Source: Candidatus Omnitrophota bacterium
GTDB lineage: Bacteria; Omnitrophota; Gorgyraeia; Tantalellales; Tantalellaceae
Assembly (NCBI GenBank): GCA_049642065.1
Contig: JBAROK010000002.1
Location: forward strand, 5,892 to 69,891
Reading direction: 5' to 3'
DNA length: 64,000 nt
Within the stretch, counting starts at the first letter, position 1. The number at the start of each line of letters is the position of its first letter. The notes beneath the pieces were generated by a model, which did not search any database, had not been told where the DNA came from, and was given only the letters and a program-made list of their open reading frames with translations. Of the stretch, positions 29,209 through 38,785 are shown piece by piece. Made by a program: the position numbers and the translations under genes.

Positions 29209-30624
29209 ATGCCTACCTCGACCAAGGATTATAAGATAAAGGACTTGGGTCTTGCCGGGCTTGGCAGGAAAGAGATCACGATCGCCGAGCACGAGATGCC
29301 CGGGCTTATGTCCATACGAAAGGAATACAGTAAGGATAAGCCTCTTTCAGGTGTCCGGATAATGGGGTCATTGCACATGACTATCCAGACAGCCGTCTTG
29401 ATAGAGACACTTGTAGCACTCGGAGCGGAGGTAAGGTGGGCGAGCTGCAATATATTCTCCACGCAGGACCATGCGGCAGCCACGATTGTCGAGACTGGTG
29501 TTCCAGTGTTCGCCTGGAAAGGAGAGACGTTGGAAGAGTACTGGTGGTGCACGGAGCAGGCTCTTACGTTTCCCGGAGGAAAAGGTCCTAATCTGGTTGT
29601 GGATGACGGGGGAGACGCGACACTAATGCTTCATCTGGGTGCTGCTGCAGAGAAAGATGCGTCGGTTCTTGATAAGACCCCGGGTGGTGAGGACGAAGAG
29701 TTACTATACAAGGCCCTGAAAAAAACGCTTAAAGATAATCCCGGTAAATGGGCGGGCATGATTTCCGAATGGAAAGGCGTTTCAGAAGAGACGACGACCG
29801 GGGTTAACCGTCTTTACCGTATGATGAAAAGCGAAGAACTTTTGGTTCCGGCTATAAACGTGAACGATTCGGTAACCAAATCGAAATTTGATAACCTTTA
29901 TGGGTGCAGGGAATCTCTTGGCGATGGCCTTAAAAGGTCCATGGACGTTATGCTGGCCGGTAAGGTAGCTGTAGTATGCGGTTACGGGGACGTAGGAAAG
30001 GGTTCGGCACAGTCGCTTAGAAGTCTGGGGGCGCGTGTCATAATCGCAGAGGTAGACCCTATCTGCGCCTTACAGGCGGCTATGGAAGGATACGAAGTAA
30101 CCACGGTAGAAGATACTCTCGGCAAGGCGGATATATATGTTACCGCTACCGGCAACAAGGATATTATCAGGATAGAGCATATGGAGAAAATGAAAGACCA
30201 GGCTATCGTGTGCAATATCGGTCACTTTGATAACGAGATACAGGTCTCGAAACTTGAAAAGTATCCGGGGATAAAAAAAGTAAACATAAAACCCCAGGTG
30301 GATAAATACGTATTTCCTGATGGGCGAGAGATGTATCTTCTGGCAGAGGGCAGGTTGGTGAACCTTGGTTGCGCTACAGGGCATCCATCGTTCGTTATGT
30401 CCAATTCTTTTACGAACCAGACGCTTGCGCAGATAGATCTTTGGAAGAACAAGGATAAATACGAGAAGAAGGTCTATTGTCTGCCAAAAGTTCTGGATGA
30501 AGAGGTTGCAAGACTTCATCTTGAGAAAATAGGCGTTAAACTTACTAAGATGACCAAGGATCAGGCTGATTATATAGGTGTACCGGTAGAAGGGCCATAT
30601 AAACCTGAACATTACAGATATTAA
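29209..30624 (+). CDS. ahcY: adenosylhomocysteinase (S-adenosyl-L-homocysteine hydrolase)
   Basis: [25 protein letters not shown]-terminus and the NAD-binding GYGDVGKG motif. Confidence 0.9.
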   Translation: MPTSTKDYKIKDLGLAGLGRKEITIAEHEMPGLMSIRKEYSKDKPLSGVRIMGSLHMTIQTAVLIETLVALGAEVRWASCNIFSTQDHAAATIVETGVPVFAWKGETLEEYWWCTEQALTFPGGKGPNLVVDDGGDATLMLHLGAAAEKDASVLDKTPGGEDEELLYKALKKTLKDNPGKWAGMISEWKGVSEETTTGVNRLYRMMKSEELLVPAINVNDSVTKSKFDNLYGCRESLGDGLKRSMDVMLAGKVAVVCGYGDVGKGSAQSLRSLGARVIIAEVDPICALQAAMEGYEVTTVEDTLGKADIYVTATGNKDIIRIEHMEKMKDQAIVCNIGHFDNEIQVSKLEKYPGIKKVNIKPQVDKYVFPDGREMYLLAEGRLVNLGCATGHPSFVMSNSFTNQTLAQIDLWKNKDKYEKKVYCLPKVLDEEVARLHLEKIGVKLTKMTKDQADYIGVPVEGPYKPEHYRY

Positions 30625-30637
30625 GAGGGGTAGAGCC

Positions 30638-31621
30638 ATGGTGGAAAAGATCAAAAGGATAGGGGTACTTACTTCCGGAGGGGATGCTCCCGGTATGAAC
30701 GCTGCTATTAGGGCAGTTGTCCGTAAAGCTGCAGACGAAGGTGTTGAGGTAAGGGGTATCCTTAGAGGATATGAAGGTCTAATCAATGACGAGGTCATTG
30801 AGATGAATTCCCGTAGCGTAAGTAATATCCTCGGCAGGGGCGGTACTATCCTTAAGACTGCTAGAAGCAAGGCTTTTATGACAAAAGAGGGGCAAGCGAA
30901 AGCGGCCGAGACCGTAAAGAAGAACAAGATAGACGGGCTTGTTATAATCGGGGGTAACGGATCGTTCCAGGGCGCTCATATTCTGCATGAAGAATGGGGC
31001 GTGCGTAATATAGGTGTACCTGGCACCATAGATAACGATCTGGGGTATACCGATTATACGGTAGGTTCACATACTGCGGTGGATACTATCCTGGATGCCG
31101 TTGACAAGATACGCGATACGGTTACCAGCATGGAGAGGATCTACGTAATAGAGGTTATGGGCCGCAAAGAACCGTATCTGGCTGTTATGGCAGGTCTTGC
31201 CGGAGGAGCTGAAGAGGTTCTGTACCCCGGGAAACATATAACGATAGAACAGATAGCAGAAGAGATAAAAGCTGCTGAAAAAATAGGGAAAAGAAGCTGG
31301 ATAGTTATAGTATCGGAGGGGTTTTCCAGCGCGCATGAACTGTCAAAAAAAATAAAAGAAACTACTGGATATAGTGTAAGGCCGGTAGCTCTTGGACATG
31401 TACAAAGAGGCGGCAAACCTAACGCGCCCGACAGGATACTTGCTTCGGCAATGGGTGTAGAAGCCGTGGCGGCATTGCTCCAAGGGCATTCAGATAAGAT
31501 GGTCGCGGTACAGGCACGCAACTTATGCCTTGTCTCGTATGAAAAAGCGTGTAACGAGAGAGAGAAAGACAAGGAACTTCACGCTTATGCCTACGGCCTG
31601 ACAAAACTTCTTGCCAAATAG
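30638..31621 (+). CDS. pfkA: ATP-dependent 6-phosphofructokinase
   Basis: RIGVLTSGGDAPGMNAAIRAVV and GGDGS motifs. Confidence 0.85.
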   Translation: MVEKIKRIGVLTSGGDAPGMNAAIRAVVRKAADEGVEVRGILRGYEGLINDEVIEMNSRSVSNILGRGGTILKTARSKAFMTKEGQAKAAETVKKNKIDGLVIIGGNGSFQGAHILHEEWGVRNIGVPGTIDNDLGYTDYTVGSHTAVDTILDAVDKIRDTVTSMERIYVIEVMGRKEPYLAVMAGLAGGAEEVLYPGKHITIEQIAEEIKAAEKIGKRSWIVIVSEGFSSAHELSKKIKETTGYSVRPVALGHVQRGGKPNAPDRILASAMGVEAVAALLQGHSDKMVAVQARNLCLVSYEKACNEREKDKELHAYAYGLTKLLAK

Positions 31622-31651
31622 AGACGGAGAGGTTGCCGTCAATTAGATCAC

Positions 31652-32746
31652 ATGAGAATAACGACCAGATACCTTCTTAAAGAACTCGGCGGACCTTTTT
31701 TCGCAGCGCTGTTCGTCACAACTATCATACTTGCCGCTGGTAATATCATCCAGACCGCGGATATGGTCGTGAATAAAGGTGTAGAGATCACTCAGGTTAT
31801 AAAGCTGTTTCTTCTCTTCCTGCCGTACGTGCTTATTTTTACTATCCCCATCTCGGTACTGGCGGCGGTACTTTTAGGGTTCGGCCGGCTTTCCAGCGAT
31901 AACGAGGTCACGACGCTCAGAACGAGCGGGATAAGCATATATAAAGTGATTATGCCGATAATAGTATGCGGTTTTATCATAAGCCTGATAAACATCCCCC
32001 TGAACGATAAGATACTTCCACAGTCAGAGTTTGAGGCCAGGAAACTGGCTAAAAGATTAGGCATTAAACATCCTACGGCTTTACTAGAACCGGGTATATT
32101 CGTTAAAGGGTTTAAAGATTACATTATCTTTGTGCATAATGTTAAAGGCAACAAACTCGAAGGTATAAGGATATACCAGCCCAGGGAGAACAAGGCCACA
32201 AGAGTAATAGTCGCTGAGACAGGTGAGGTTATATCGCTGCCTGATGAGGATGCTGTTAAGCTAAAGTTGGAGAACGGTACGGCCGACGAGATAGTTCCCG
32301 ATAAGCCGGATGAGTTCTACAAGCTTACCTTTAAGGAATATTTCATGACCTTGAACCTGCATCAAGCGGTAGACACACGCCACATACAGAAAAAAGCCAG
32401 GGAAAAAAGCATAAAAGAACTTCTAGCGGAAATAGATACGCTTAAAAAAGACGATATTAACGTTATACCTTTGCGGGTGGAATTTCACAAAAAGTTAGCA
32501 CTTGCTTTTTCTAGCCTGGTGTTTGTACTTATAGGTATTCCTCTGGCTATAACTACGCACCGCAGGGAAAAGTTTGTCGGGTTCGGCCTTGCGATAGGCT
32601 TGTTTCTTGTGTATTGGGGGATAATGCTCAGCGGCGTGGCTTTTGCTATAAGGGCTGTAATACCGCCCTGGGTGGGGGTATGGTCGGCAAATATCCTTCT
32701 TACCTGTATAGCGGTCGTCATGCTCGGCCGTATTTCGGGGAAGTGA
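31652..32746 (+). CDS. lptF: LPS export ABC permease LptF (YjgP/YjgQ family)
   Basis: YjgP/YjgQ-type topology (3 TM, periplasmic beta-jellyroll, 3 TM), conserved N-terminal RYLLKE... Confidence 0.7.
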   Translation: MRITTRYLLKELGGPFFAALFVTTIILAAGNIIQTADMVVNKGVEITQVIKLFLLFLPYVLIFTIPISVLAAVLLGFGRLSSDNEVTTLRTSGISIYKVIMPIIVCGFIISLINIPLNDKILPQSEFEARKLAKRLGIKHPTALLEPGIFVKGFKDYIIFVHNVKGNKLEGIRIYQPRENKATRVIVAETGEVISLPDEDAVKLKLENGTADEIVPDKPDEFYKLTFKEYFMTLNLHQAVDTRHIQKKAREKSIKELLAEIDTLKKDDINVIPLRVEFHKKLALAFSSLVFVLIGIPLAITTHRREKFVGFGLAIGLFLVYWGIMLSGVAFAIRAVIPPWVGVWSANILLTCIAVVMLGRISGK

Positions 32747-32758
32747 GACGTATAATAT

Positions 32759-33847
32759 ATGAGAATAATTGAAAAATACGTTTTAAAAAGTTTTCTAGCT
32801 TCGCTCGCTTTCTGTATATTGCTTCTTATCGTGCTGGGCATTATAGGTGATGTGCTGGGTTTCATAGACGATATTTTCAAGAACAATATTCCTCTGGGCA
32901 GTATCCTTTCATTTTATTTTTACTTAGCGCCGTTCGCATTCGTTAACATGTTGCCATTTGCTTGTATATTGAGTGTGGCTTTTGTATTCAATAGCTTAAG
33001 TAAGAACCATGAGGTAACGGCGGTCATAGCCAGCGGATTAAGTTTATGGAAACTTCTAAGACCGGTTATCTGTGTGACTTTTGTGCTCTGTATAGCTACA
33101 TTTATAATCAACGATCGTTTCGTGCCTTCAACCATGCAAAAAGCCAACAGGATCAAACAGGAAGAGCTCGAGACGGGCAAGGACGTTGACTCATCCATCA
33201 TCAGGAACTTAGCAGTATACGGCAAAGGCGACCAGATAATCTTCGCTAAATCGTATTCTCCTAAAACGAAAACGCTTGAGAACGTTATCATACACAAACA
33301 GGATAAAGACCACGTCATAAAAGAGAAGGTTAGTGCCAGAGAAGTGAAACGTCTTCCGGACAATACCTGGGAAGGGACAGATGTTATTGTCTTTAGAGTG
33401 GATGATAAAGGCGATTTTACCAAGGACCCGGAAGTGTACAAGCGGGTAAAACTGAATATCAAGGAGACCCCTAAGGATTTTTCTACCCATCAATGGGATC
33501 CGAGGTTCATGAGCTTTAAGCAGCTCAAGAAATATCTAAAGATATTCAGTGTAGGGTCTCCCCGGACCGTTAGGCGTCTTCTTGTGGACCTGAACTATAA
33601 ACTGTCTTTTCCCTTTACCGCGCTGGTGACTATACTTATCTGCGTGCCTTTCAGTATAGAGACCGGCCGGGCTAATCCTTTGGTAGGTATGGTGCGGGGG
33701 ATAACCGTAGCGATGCTGTACGTGCCGGTTATGGCCATAAGCCTTGCGCTCGGCAAAGGTGGCACTCTTCCTCCGGTAGTCGCGGCTTGGTTCAGCAATG
33801 TGCTATTTGTTGCTTTAGGCATTTATTTTATCCATCAGAAAAGCTAG
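32759..33847 (+). CDS. lptG: LPS export ABC permease LptG (YjgP/YjgQ family)
   Basis: Paralogous YjgP/YjgQ permease immediately downstream of lptF. Confidence 0.7.
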   Translation: MRIIEKYVLKSFLASLAFCILLLIVLGIIGDVLGFIDDIFKNNIPLGSILSFYFYLAPFAFVNMLPFACILSVAFVFNSLSKNHEVTAVIASGLSLWKLLRPVICVTFVLCIATFIINDRFVPSTMQKANRIKQEELETGKDVDSSIIRNLAVYGKGDQIIFAKSYSPKTKTLENVIIHKQDKDHVIKEKVSAREVKRLPDNTWEGTDVIVFRVDDKGDFTKDPEVYKRVKLNIKETPKDFSTHQWDPRFMSFKQLKKYLKIFSVGSPRTVRRLLVDLNYKLSFPFTALVTILICVPFSIETGRANPLVGMVRGITVAMLYVPVMAISLALGKGGTLPPVVAAWFSNVLFVALGIYFIHQKS

Positions 33848-34509
33848 GGCGTTTTTGCCAGAGTAAAACCGTATACGCAGCGAGCACCCGCCTTAAGAAG
33901 TTCACGCGCGCAAGTTTCAAGTGTAGCTCCGGTTGTCACGATGTCATCAACAAGCACCAGGTTTCTTCCCGTAACCAGCGTGCGATCGACCACAGCGAAA
34001 GAACCGTCCAGGTTCCTCATGCGCTTATTCCTTGCAAGGGCAGTCTGAGGGCCGGTATTCTTGGTTTTAATCAGCGTATGCCGCTGAACCGGTACCGATA
34101 TCTCTTGCGAAAGTATAGTAGCTATAAGTTCCGATTGGTTGTATCCTCTGGCGCGTCGTTTTGAAGGATGGACAGGTACAGGGATGGCTCCATGTATCTG
34201 TTCCGAAAAGGGATGTGTTCTGTTTATGAAGGTATGGACTACCGGCTGGAAAAGGTCCATAAGCTTAAGTTTCCCTGAATACTTGAATTGTTTCACGCAT
34301 TTCTTTATTGCCCCTTCATAATACCTGCACGAGAGGATTTTTGTAAGGTTTTTAGACGAACCCAGTGCCGGTGCGGCTGCGCGGATGACCGAATCGCTGC
34401 ATCTGGAGCAGACAGGTAGCGGGTACGCCGCCGGAAGAGTGCCGCAAGCTATACATTGTTCAGGGAATAGTATGTTAACACACGACCGGGCTACTTTTGC
34501 GAATGACAT
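33844..34509 (-). CDS. comF: ComF-family protein (phosphoribosyltransferase-like, ComFC/GntX)
   Basis: N-terminal zinc-finger-like CxxC..CxxC and C-terminal PRTase motif LVLVDDIVTTGATL. Confidence 0.7.
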   Translation of the reverse strand: MSFAKVARSCVNILFPEQCIACGTLPAAYPLPVCSRCSDSVIRAAAPALGSSKNLTKILSCRYYEGAIKKCVKQFKYSGKLKLMDLFQPVVHTFINRTHPFSEQIHGAIPVPVHPSKRRARGYNQSELIATILSQEISVPVQRHTLIKTKNTGPQTALARNKRMRNLDGSFAVVDRTLVTGRNLVLVDDIVTTGATLETCARELLKAGARCVYGFTLAKTP

Positions 34510-34637
34510 GGGTATCTCCTGGGTTTTGGTACTTGAAGACAGCTCTATATACGAATTTCTTTCAAAATTTTTGTATTTTTGGTTGTACTAATATAAACTA
34601 AACCTAAGTGTAGGGATATTTTTTACGGAGGAGGACA

Positions 34638-35045
34638 ATGAAGAATGAAAATCTTTTTAACCTTTCTATGCTGATACTTAGAATAGTGCTCGGTGCGATC
34701 TTTGTCGCTCATGGCGCGCAGAAACTCTTCGGGACTTTCGACGGTATAGGTCTTGAAGGTACGTCAAAGATGGTGGAAGGGTTAGGGTTCGGTAATGCGT
34801 ACTCGATTGCCTTGATATGGGCCTGTATTGAGTTCATAGGAGGGATCTTCCTGATACTGGGGATTCTTGCCCGGGGATCGGCGTTTGCCATAGCGTTAAC
34901 CATGCTGATAAGGCTCTGGAAGATCAATATTATGTACGGGTTCTTTATACAGAACGGGGGCATTGAATACGGTTTGCTCATCATAGGAGCTTGTATCCCG
35001 CTTATTCTTATGGGTGGGGGCAGCTGGTCCGTTTGGGATATATAA
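34638..35045 (+). CDS. DoxX-family membrane protein
   Basis: ILRIVLGAIFVAHGAQKLFG DoxX signature. 4 TM, 135 aa. Confidence 0.7.
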   Translation: MKNENLFNLSMLILRIVLGAIFVAHGAQKLFGTFDGIGLEGTSKMVEGLGFGNAYSIALIWACIEFIGGIFLILGILARGSAFAIALTMLIRLWKINIMYGFFIQNGGIEYGLLIIGACIPLILMGGGSWSVWDI

Positions 35046-35123
35046 TTATTATAATTATACCCGCTCTTGACCCGGCAAGTTGATTCTGATAGAATATCCA
35101 AAAAGAAAGCGAGGTACTTAGTA

Positions 35124-35309
35124 ATGAAAGCTATAGTTGACGCAGAAAAATGCATTGGTTGTGGACTTTGTGCTCAGGTCGCTCCTGAGATTTATGAGAT
35201 GCAGGATGATAAGGCTGTCGTGCTTTCGGACGATATTCCGGAAGAAAAGGCGGATGACGCTAAAAGCGGTGCCGAGCAATGTCCTGTAATGGCAATAGAA
35301 ATATCGTAG
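35124..35309 (+). CDS. small [4Fe-4S]/[3Fe-4S] ferredoxin
   Basis: 61 aa with CIGCGLCAQVAP...CP cluster motif. GAGGT RBS. The six-frame ORF start at 35067 is unlikely. Confidence 0.65.
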   Translation: MKAIVDAEKCIGCGLCAQVAPEIYEMQDDKAVVLSDDIPEEKADDAKSGAEQCPVMAIEIS

Positions 35310-35337
35310 TGACCGCAACAGTACTTTTGAGTATTAC

Positions 35338-35385
35338 GACCCCTCTGCAAACCCGTCCAGGGCGGCTGAGGGGTCTATTATATTT
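35338..35385 (+). terminator. putative rho-independent terminator after ferredoxin
   Basis: gacccctc...gaggggtc inverted repeat followed by a T-rich tract. Confidence 0.4.
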
Positions 35386-35410
35386 ATAAACGTATGGTAA
35401 GGCAAAAGAG

Positions 35411-36199
35411 ATGAAGATACTAAGAAGACTAAAATCGGTTCTCGTTGTAATCGGCCTTTTGGCGGGGTTGTTTTATTTCTTTTATATGAGCCCCAGGAGA
35501 GTGGTCCCGATACTTATGTATCACTCGATAAGTGGGGATAAGACGAGTTCATTAAACGTTACTCCAGAGAATTTTGCCAGACAGGTAGAGTTCCTCAATA
35601 GAGGCGATTATTCCGTTATCCCGCTTGATGAACTTGTTGAAGGCATAAGAAAAGAAAAGAAGTTCTCCTCAAAAACTGTTGTTATCACTTTTGATGACGG
35701 GCATGAAGATAATTATCTTAATGCCTTTCCGGTTCTTGCGAAACACAAGATGACGGCGACGATATTCCTGGTGGCAGGGTATATAGGCGAACGCGAAGGG
35801 TACCTGAAGTGGGACCAGGTGAACCTGATGAAGGAGAATGGTATAGATTTCGGAGGGCATACTGTTAACAATGTATACCTGCCTTCAATAGAGGATACGC
35901 GCACACTATGGTGGGAAGTTTCCGGGTCGAAAGAGATCATTAAGGGTGAAACAGGCGAAGCACCTAAATATTTTTGTTATCCTACAGGCGGATTCAATGC
36001 GAAAATCAAGAACGCTGTTATAAGAGCTGGATATAAAGGTGCCTGTACGACTAATAGAGGATTTGACAAGCTTAACAAAGATGTGTACGAGCTTAATAGG
36101 GTAAAAATAACGAATTCGGATATGACCAAACCTTTTCATTTCAGGGCTAAGTTATCCGGGTATTATAACTTATTCAGAAGCCTGAAAAAGGGAGATTAA
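35411..36199 (+). CDS. polysaccharide deacetylase (CE4/NodB-homology) with N-terminal membrane anchor
   Basis: VITFDDGHEDNY and LTFDDG-type NodB motifs, N-terminal TM helix. Confidence 0.75.
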   Translation: MKILRRLKSVLVVIGLLAGLFYFFYMSPRRVVPILMYHSISGDKTSSLNVTPENFARQVEFLNRGDYSVIPLDELVEGIRKEKKFSSKTVVITFDDGHEDNYLNAFPVLAKHKMTATIFLVAGYIGEREGYLKWDQVNLMKENGIDFGGHTVNNVYLPSIEDTRTLWWEVSGSKEIIKGETGEAPKYFCYPTGGFNAKIKNAVIRAGYKGACTTNRGFDKLNKDVYELNRVKITNSDMTKPFHFRAKLSGYYNLFRSLKKGD

Positions 36200-36227
36200 G
36201 AGCTGTGTTTAAGGGGAGGGAAGTTAT

Positions 36228-37517
36228 ATGTCAAAAGGGTTAAGGCTGGATACGAGGTATCTTCAAGGATCCGTTTCTGCCGAAGACATTGAAGCTATAT
36301 TGCCGGAGGTTGAGAAAGCTCATTCTTTGCTTGTTAATAGAGACGGAGAGGGTAGCGAGTACCTGGGCTGGATGGACCTGCCGTGCAATATAAACGAGGA
36401 CATCCTCAAAGATATTGAGGATACCGCATCTAAGATGCGCAAGAACTCTGATGCTATAGTTGTAATAGGTATAGGGGGTTCTTACCTCGGCGCAAGAGCG
36501 ACCGTAGAGACCCTGGCCAGCGAAGAGGATCGCAGGAATATATTCTTCGCAGGATACAATATGTCATGTGTGAGCCTTAGCGCTCTTCTCAATAGACTGG
36601 AAGATAAAGATGTCAGTGTGAACGTTATATCCAAATCCGGTACGACTACTGAGCCGGCTATTACGTTCAGGATACTAGAGGATTTCTTGCAGAAAAAATA
36701 CGGTCCGGACAATATATCCGACAGGGTTATCTGCACGACCGATAACGAAAAAGGTGCTTTAAGGGCTATAGCCGATAAAAAGGGGTATAAGAGTTTTGTT
36801 ATCCCTGACGACGTGGGCGGCAGGTTCTCGGTGTTCACCCCGGTAGGTTTACTACCGATAGCATGCGCCGGTATAAATATCAGGGAGCTTGTCGAAGGAG
36901 CTCTCCGGCAGCGTGAAGAAAACCTCAATTGTGATATTAGCAGTAACATAAGCTATATGTATGCGGCAGCAAGGAACTGTCTTTATCGCAAAGGTAAAAG
37001 GATAGAGATACTCGGAAGTTTCAACAGCAAATTGCATTACGTGGACGAATGGTGGAAACAATTATTTGGCGAAAGCGAAGGGAAAGGCGGTCACAGTATT
37101 TTCCCGGCTTCGTGTGATTTTTCAACCGACCTTCATTCCATGGGGCAGCTTATCCAGCAGGGGGAGCGGAACCTTTTTGAGACGTTCCTGGTAGTGGAGA
37201 AAGAATGCTCGGAATGTGAGATCCCCGTTAGTGAAGATAACCTGGATAATCTGAATTATCTGGCTAATAAACAGTTAAGCTACATTAACAGGAAAGCTTA
37301 CGAGGCTACGGCCGAAGCTCATTTTGAAGGGGGAGTGCCTAACTCTACGGTATTTATTCCCGAAATGACACCTTTTTATCTGGGGAAGCTTTTTTATTTC
37401 TTCGAAAAAGCTGTAGGAGCCTCGGCATACATAGCGGGCGTTAACCCGTTCAACCAGCCCGGGGTGGAAGCATATAAGAACAAGATGTTCAAGCTTCTCG
37501 GTAAACCCAAGGCCTAA
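36228..37517 (+). CDS. pgi: glucose-6-phosphate isomerase (short bacterial/archaeal type)
   Basis: IGIGGSYLGARA and SKSGTTTEP PGI signature blocks. Confidence 0.8.
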   Translation: MSKGLRLDTRYLQGSVSAEDIEAILPEVEKAHSLLVNRDGEGSEYLGWMDLPCNINEDILKDIEDTASKMRKNSDAIVVIGIGGSYLGARATVETLASEEDRRNIFFAGYNMSCVSLSALLNRLEDKDVSVNVISKSGTTTEPAITFRILEDFLQKKYGPDNISDRVICTTDNEKGALRAIADKKGYKSFVIPDDVGGRFSVFTPVGLLPIACAGINIRELVEGALRQREENLNCDISSNISYMYAAARNCLYRKGKRIEILGSFNSKLHYVDEWWKQLFGESEGKGGHSIFPASCDFSTDLHSMGQLIQQGERNLFETFLVVEKECSECEIPVSEDNLDNLNYLANKQLSYINRKAYEATAEAHFEGGVPNSTVFIPEMTPFYLGKLFYFFEKAVGASAYIAGVNPFNQPGVEAYKNKMFKLLGKPKA

Positions 37518-37528
37518 ACTCTATATCC

Positions 37529-38485
37529 ATGGAAATAGAATTCACTTTTATCACTATATCGATGGCCATAATAAAACTTTTCATACTTATGGCTGCGGGG
37601 TACATCCTTTATTACCGCAAACTGATCGATGAGAAGTTCACGGATATGTTAAGCCTGCTTCTTGTCAGGCTGGTTTTTCCGGCACTTATAATTTCAAAAA
37701 CAGTTACGCATTTCAGTTTCGAAGAATATTCTTACTGGTGGTTCCTTCCGCTTTGCGGCATGGTATTCTCTCTTGGAGGGATGTTGATGGGCGCGGCAGT
37801 ATACGGACTGTTGGGAAGAAAAGAAGCTCCTAAAGAATTCATGTGCAGCTGCGGGTTCCAAAACTGCGGATATTTGCCCATGAACCTGATATTATTCGCG
37901 TTCGCGGGTGCGGTAGCCAATAGGCTCTTGGTGTACATGTTCCTTTTCACGTTAGGGTTCAATGTGCTTATGTGGTCGCTTGTTCCTTTGTTCCTGACGG
38001 GTAAGCTGAGAAGTGAGTTCAAACTAAAAGTGTTTTTGAACCCTCCGGTGATAGCGATCATCGTTTCTTTATTATGGGTGACCTTCCTAGGTAAAGAGAG
38101 TATGCCACCTGTAATAGCCGACCCCTTGAGGCAACTGGGGCAGGCCGCTTTTCCATTGGCTATGCTGACATTAGGGGCGTATCTATGCAGGTATCGCGCA
38201 TGGAAGCCTAAATATAAACTATCCCTTGCCGCCTGCAGCGTGACAAAACTTCTGTTATTTCCGCTAGTTGTTCTCGGGATACTTATCCTGGTACCACTTG
38301 GTCCGGATTACAAATTCTTCCTGTTCCTGCAGGCCATTATGCCTACAGCCGTATCTCTTGTTGTTATAGGTAGTTATACCGGTGCAGATAATGAGTTTTT
38401 CAGCAGTAGCATATTCTATACGCATTTGGTGGCTATATTCAGTATTCCTCTATGGCTTGCGGTTTTTCGCTTTATCTCAGGATAA
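37529..38485 (+). CDS. AEC-family (auxin efflux carrier / malate permease-like) transporter
   Basis: 10-TM profile with the N-terminal pattern typical of AEC transporters. Confidence 0.55.
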   Translation: MEIEFTFITISMAIIKLFILMAAGYILYYRKLIDEKFTDMLSLLLVRLVFPALIISKTVTHFSFEEYSYWWFLPLCGMVFSLGGMLMGAAVYGLLGRKEAPKEFMCSCGFQNCGYLPMNLILFAFAGAVANRLLVYMFLFTLGFNVLMWSLVPLFLTGKLRSEFKLKVFLNPPVIAIIVSLLWVTFLGKESMPPVIADPLRQLGQAAFPLAMLTLGAYLCRYRAWKPKYKLSLAACSVTKLLLFPLVVLGILILVPLGPDYKFFLFLQAIMPTAVSLVVIGSYTGADNEFFSSSIFYTHLVAIFSIPLWLAVFRFISG

Positions 38486-38564
38486 GGTGAAGAGGGTATC
38501 CGCTATCATGTAACGGTTTGACTTCTATATGATTATAAGGTATTTTTAATAAATACGATAAATA

Positions 38565-38771
38565 ATGAAGGGGGTAAGTAATATTATGTTATTAGGAATA
38601 GTATTAATAGTATGTGGCGTATTGATAGCGTTGTATCCACCGCTTTTATCTCTGGTCGTGGCGACTTTACTTATATTTGCAGGGATAACAGTCGCGATGG
38701 TTGGGTATAGATATAAGAAAGCGGCACGGCAGTTCGATGATCCGTTTCTGGATTTTTTTATGAAAATATAA
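38565..38771 (+). CDS. small two-TM membrane protein (DUF3096-like)
   Basis: 68 aa with two hydrophobic helices separated by YPPLL, resembling the DUF3096 arrangement. Confidence 0.35.
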   Translation: MKGVSNIMLLGIVLIVCGVLIALYPPLLSLVVATLLIFAGITVAMVGYRYKKAARQFDDPFLDFFMKI

Positions 38772-38785
38772 TAAGGAGTATTGTC

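Noticed and set aside
30070-30927. 285-aa minus-strand ORF across the ahcY/pfkA junction
   Set aside because: It lies antisense to two confidently identified + strand genes, has low-complexity composition and no motif.
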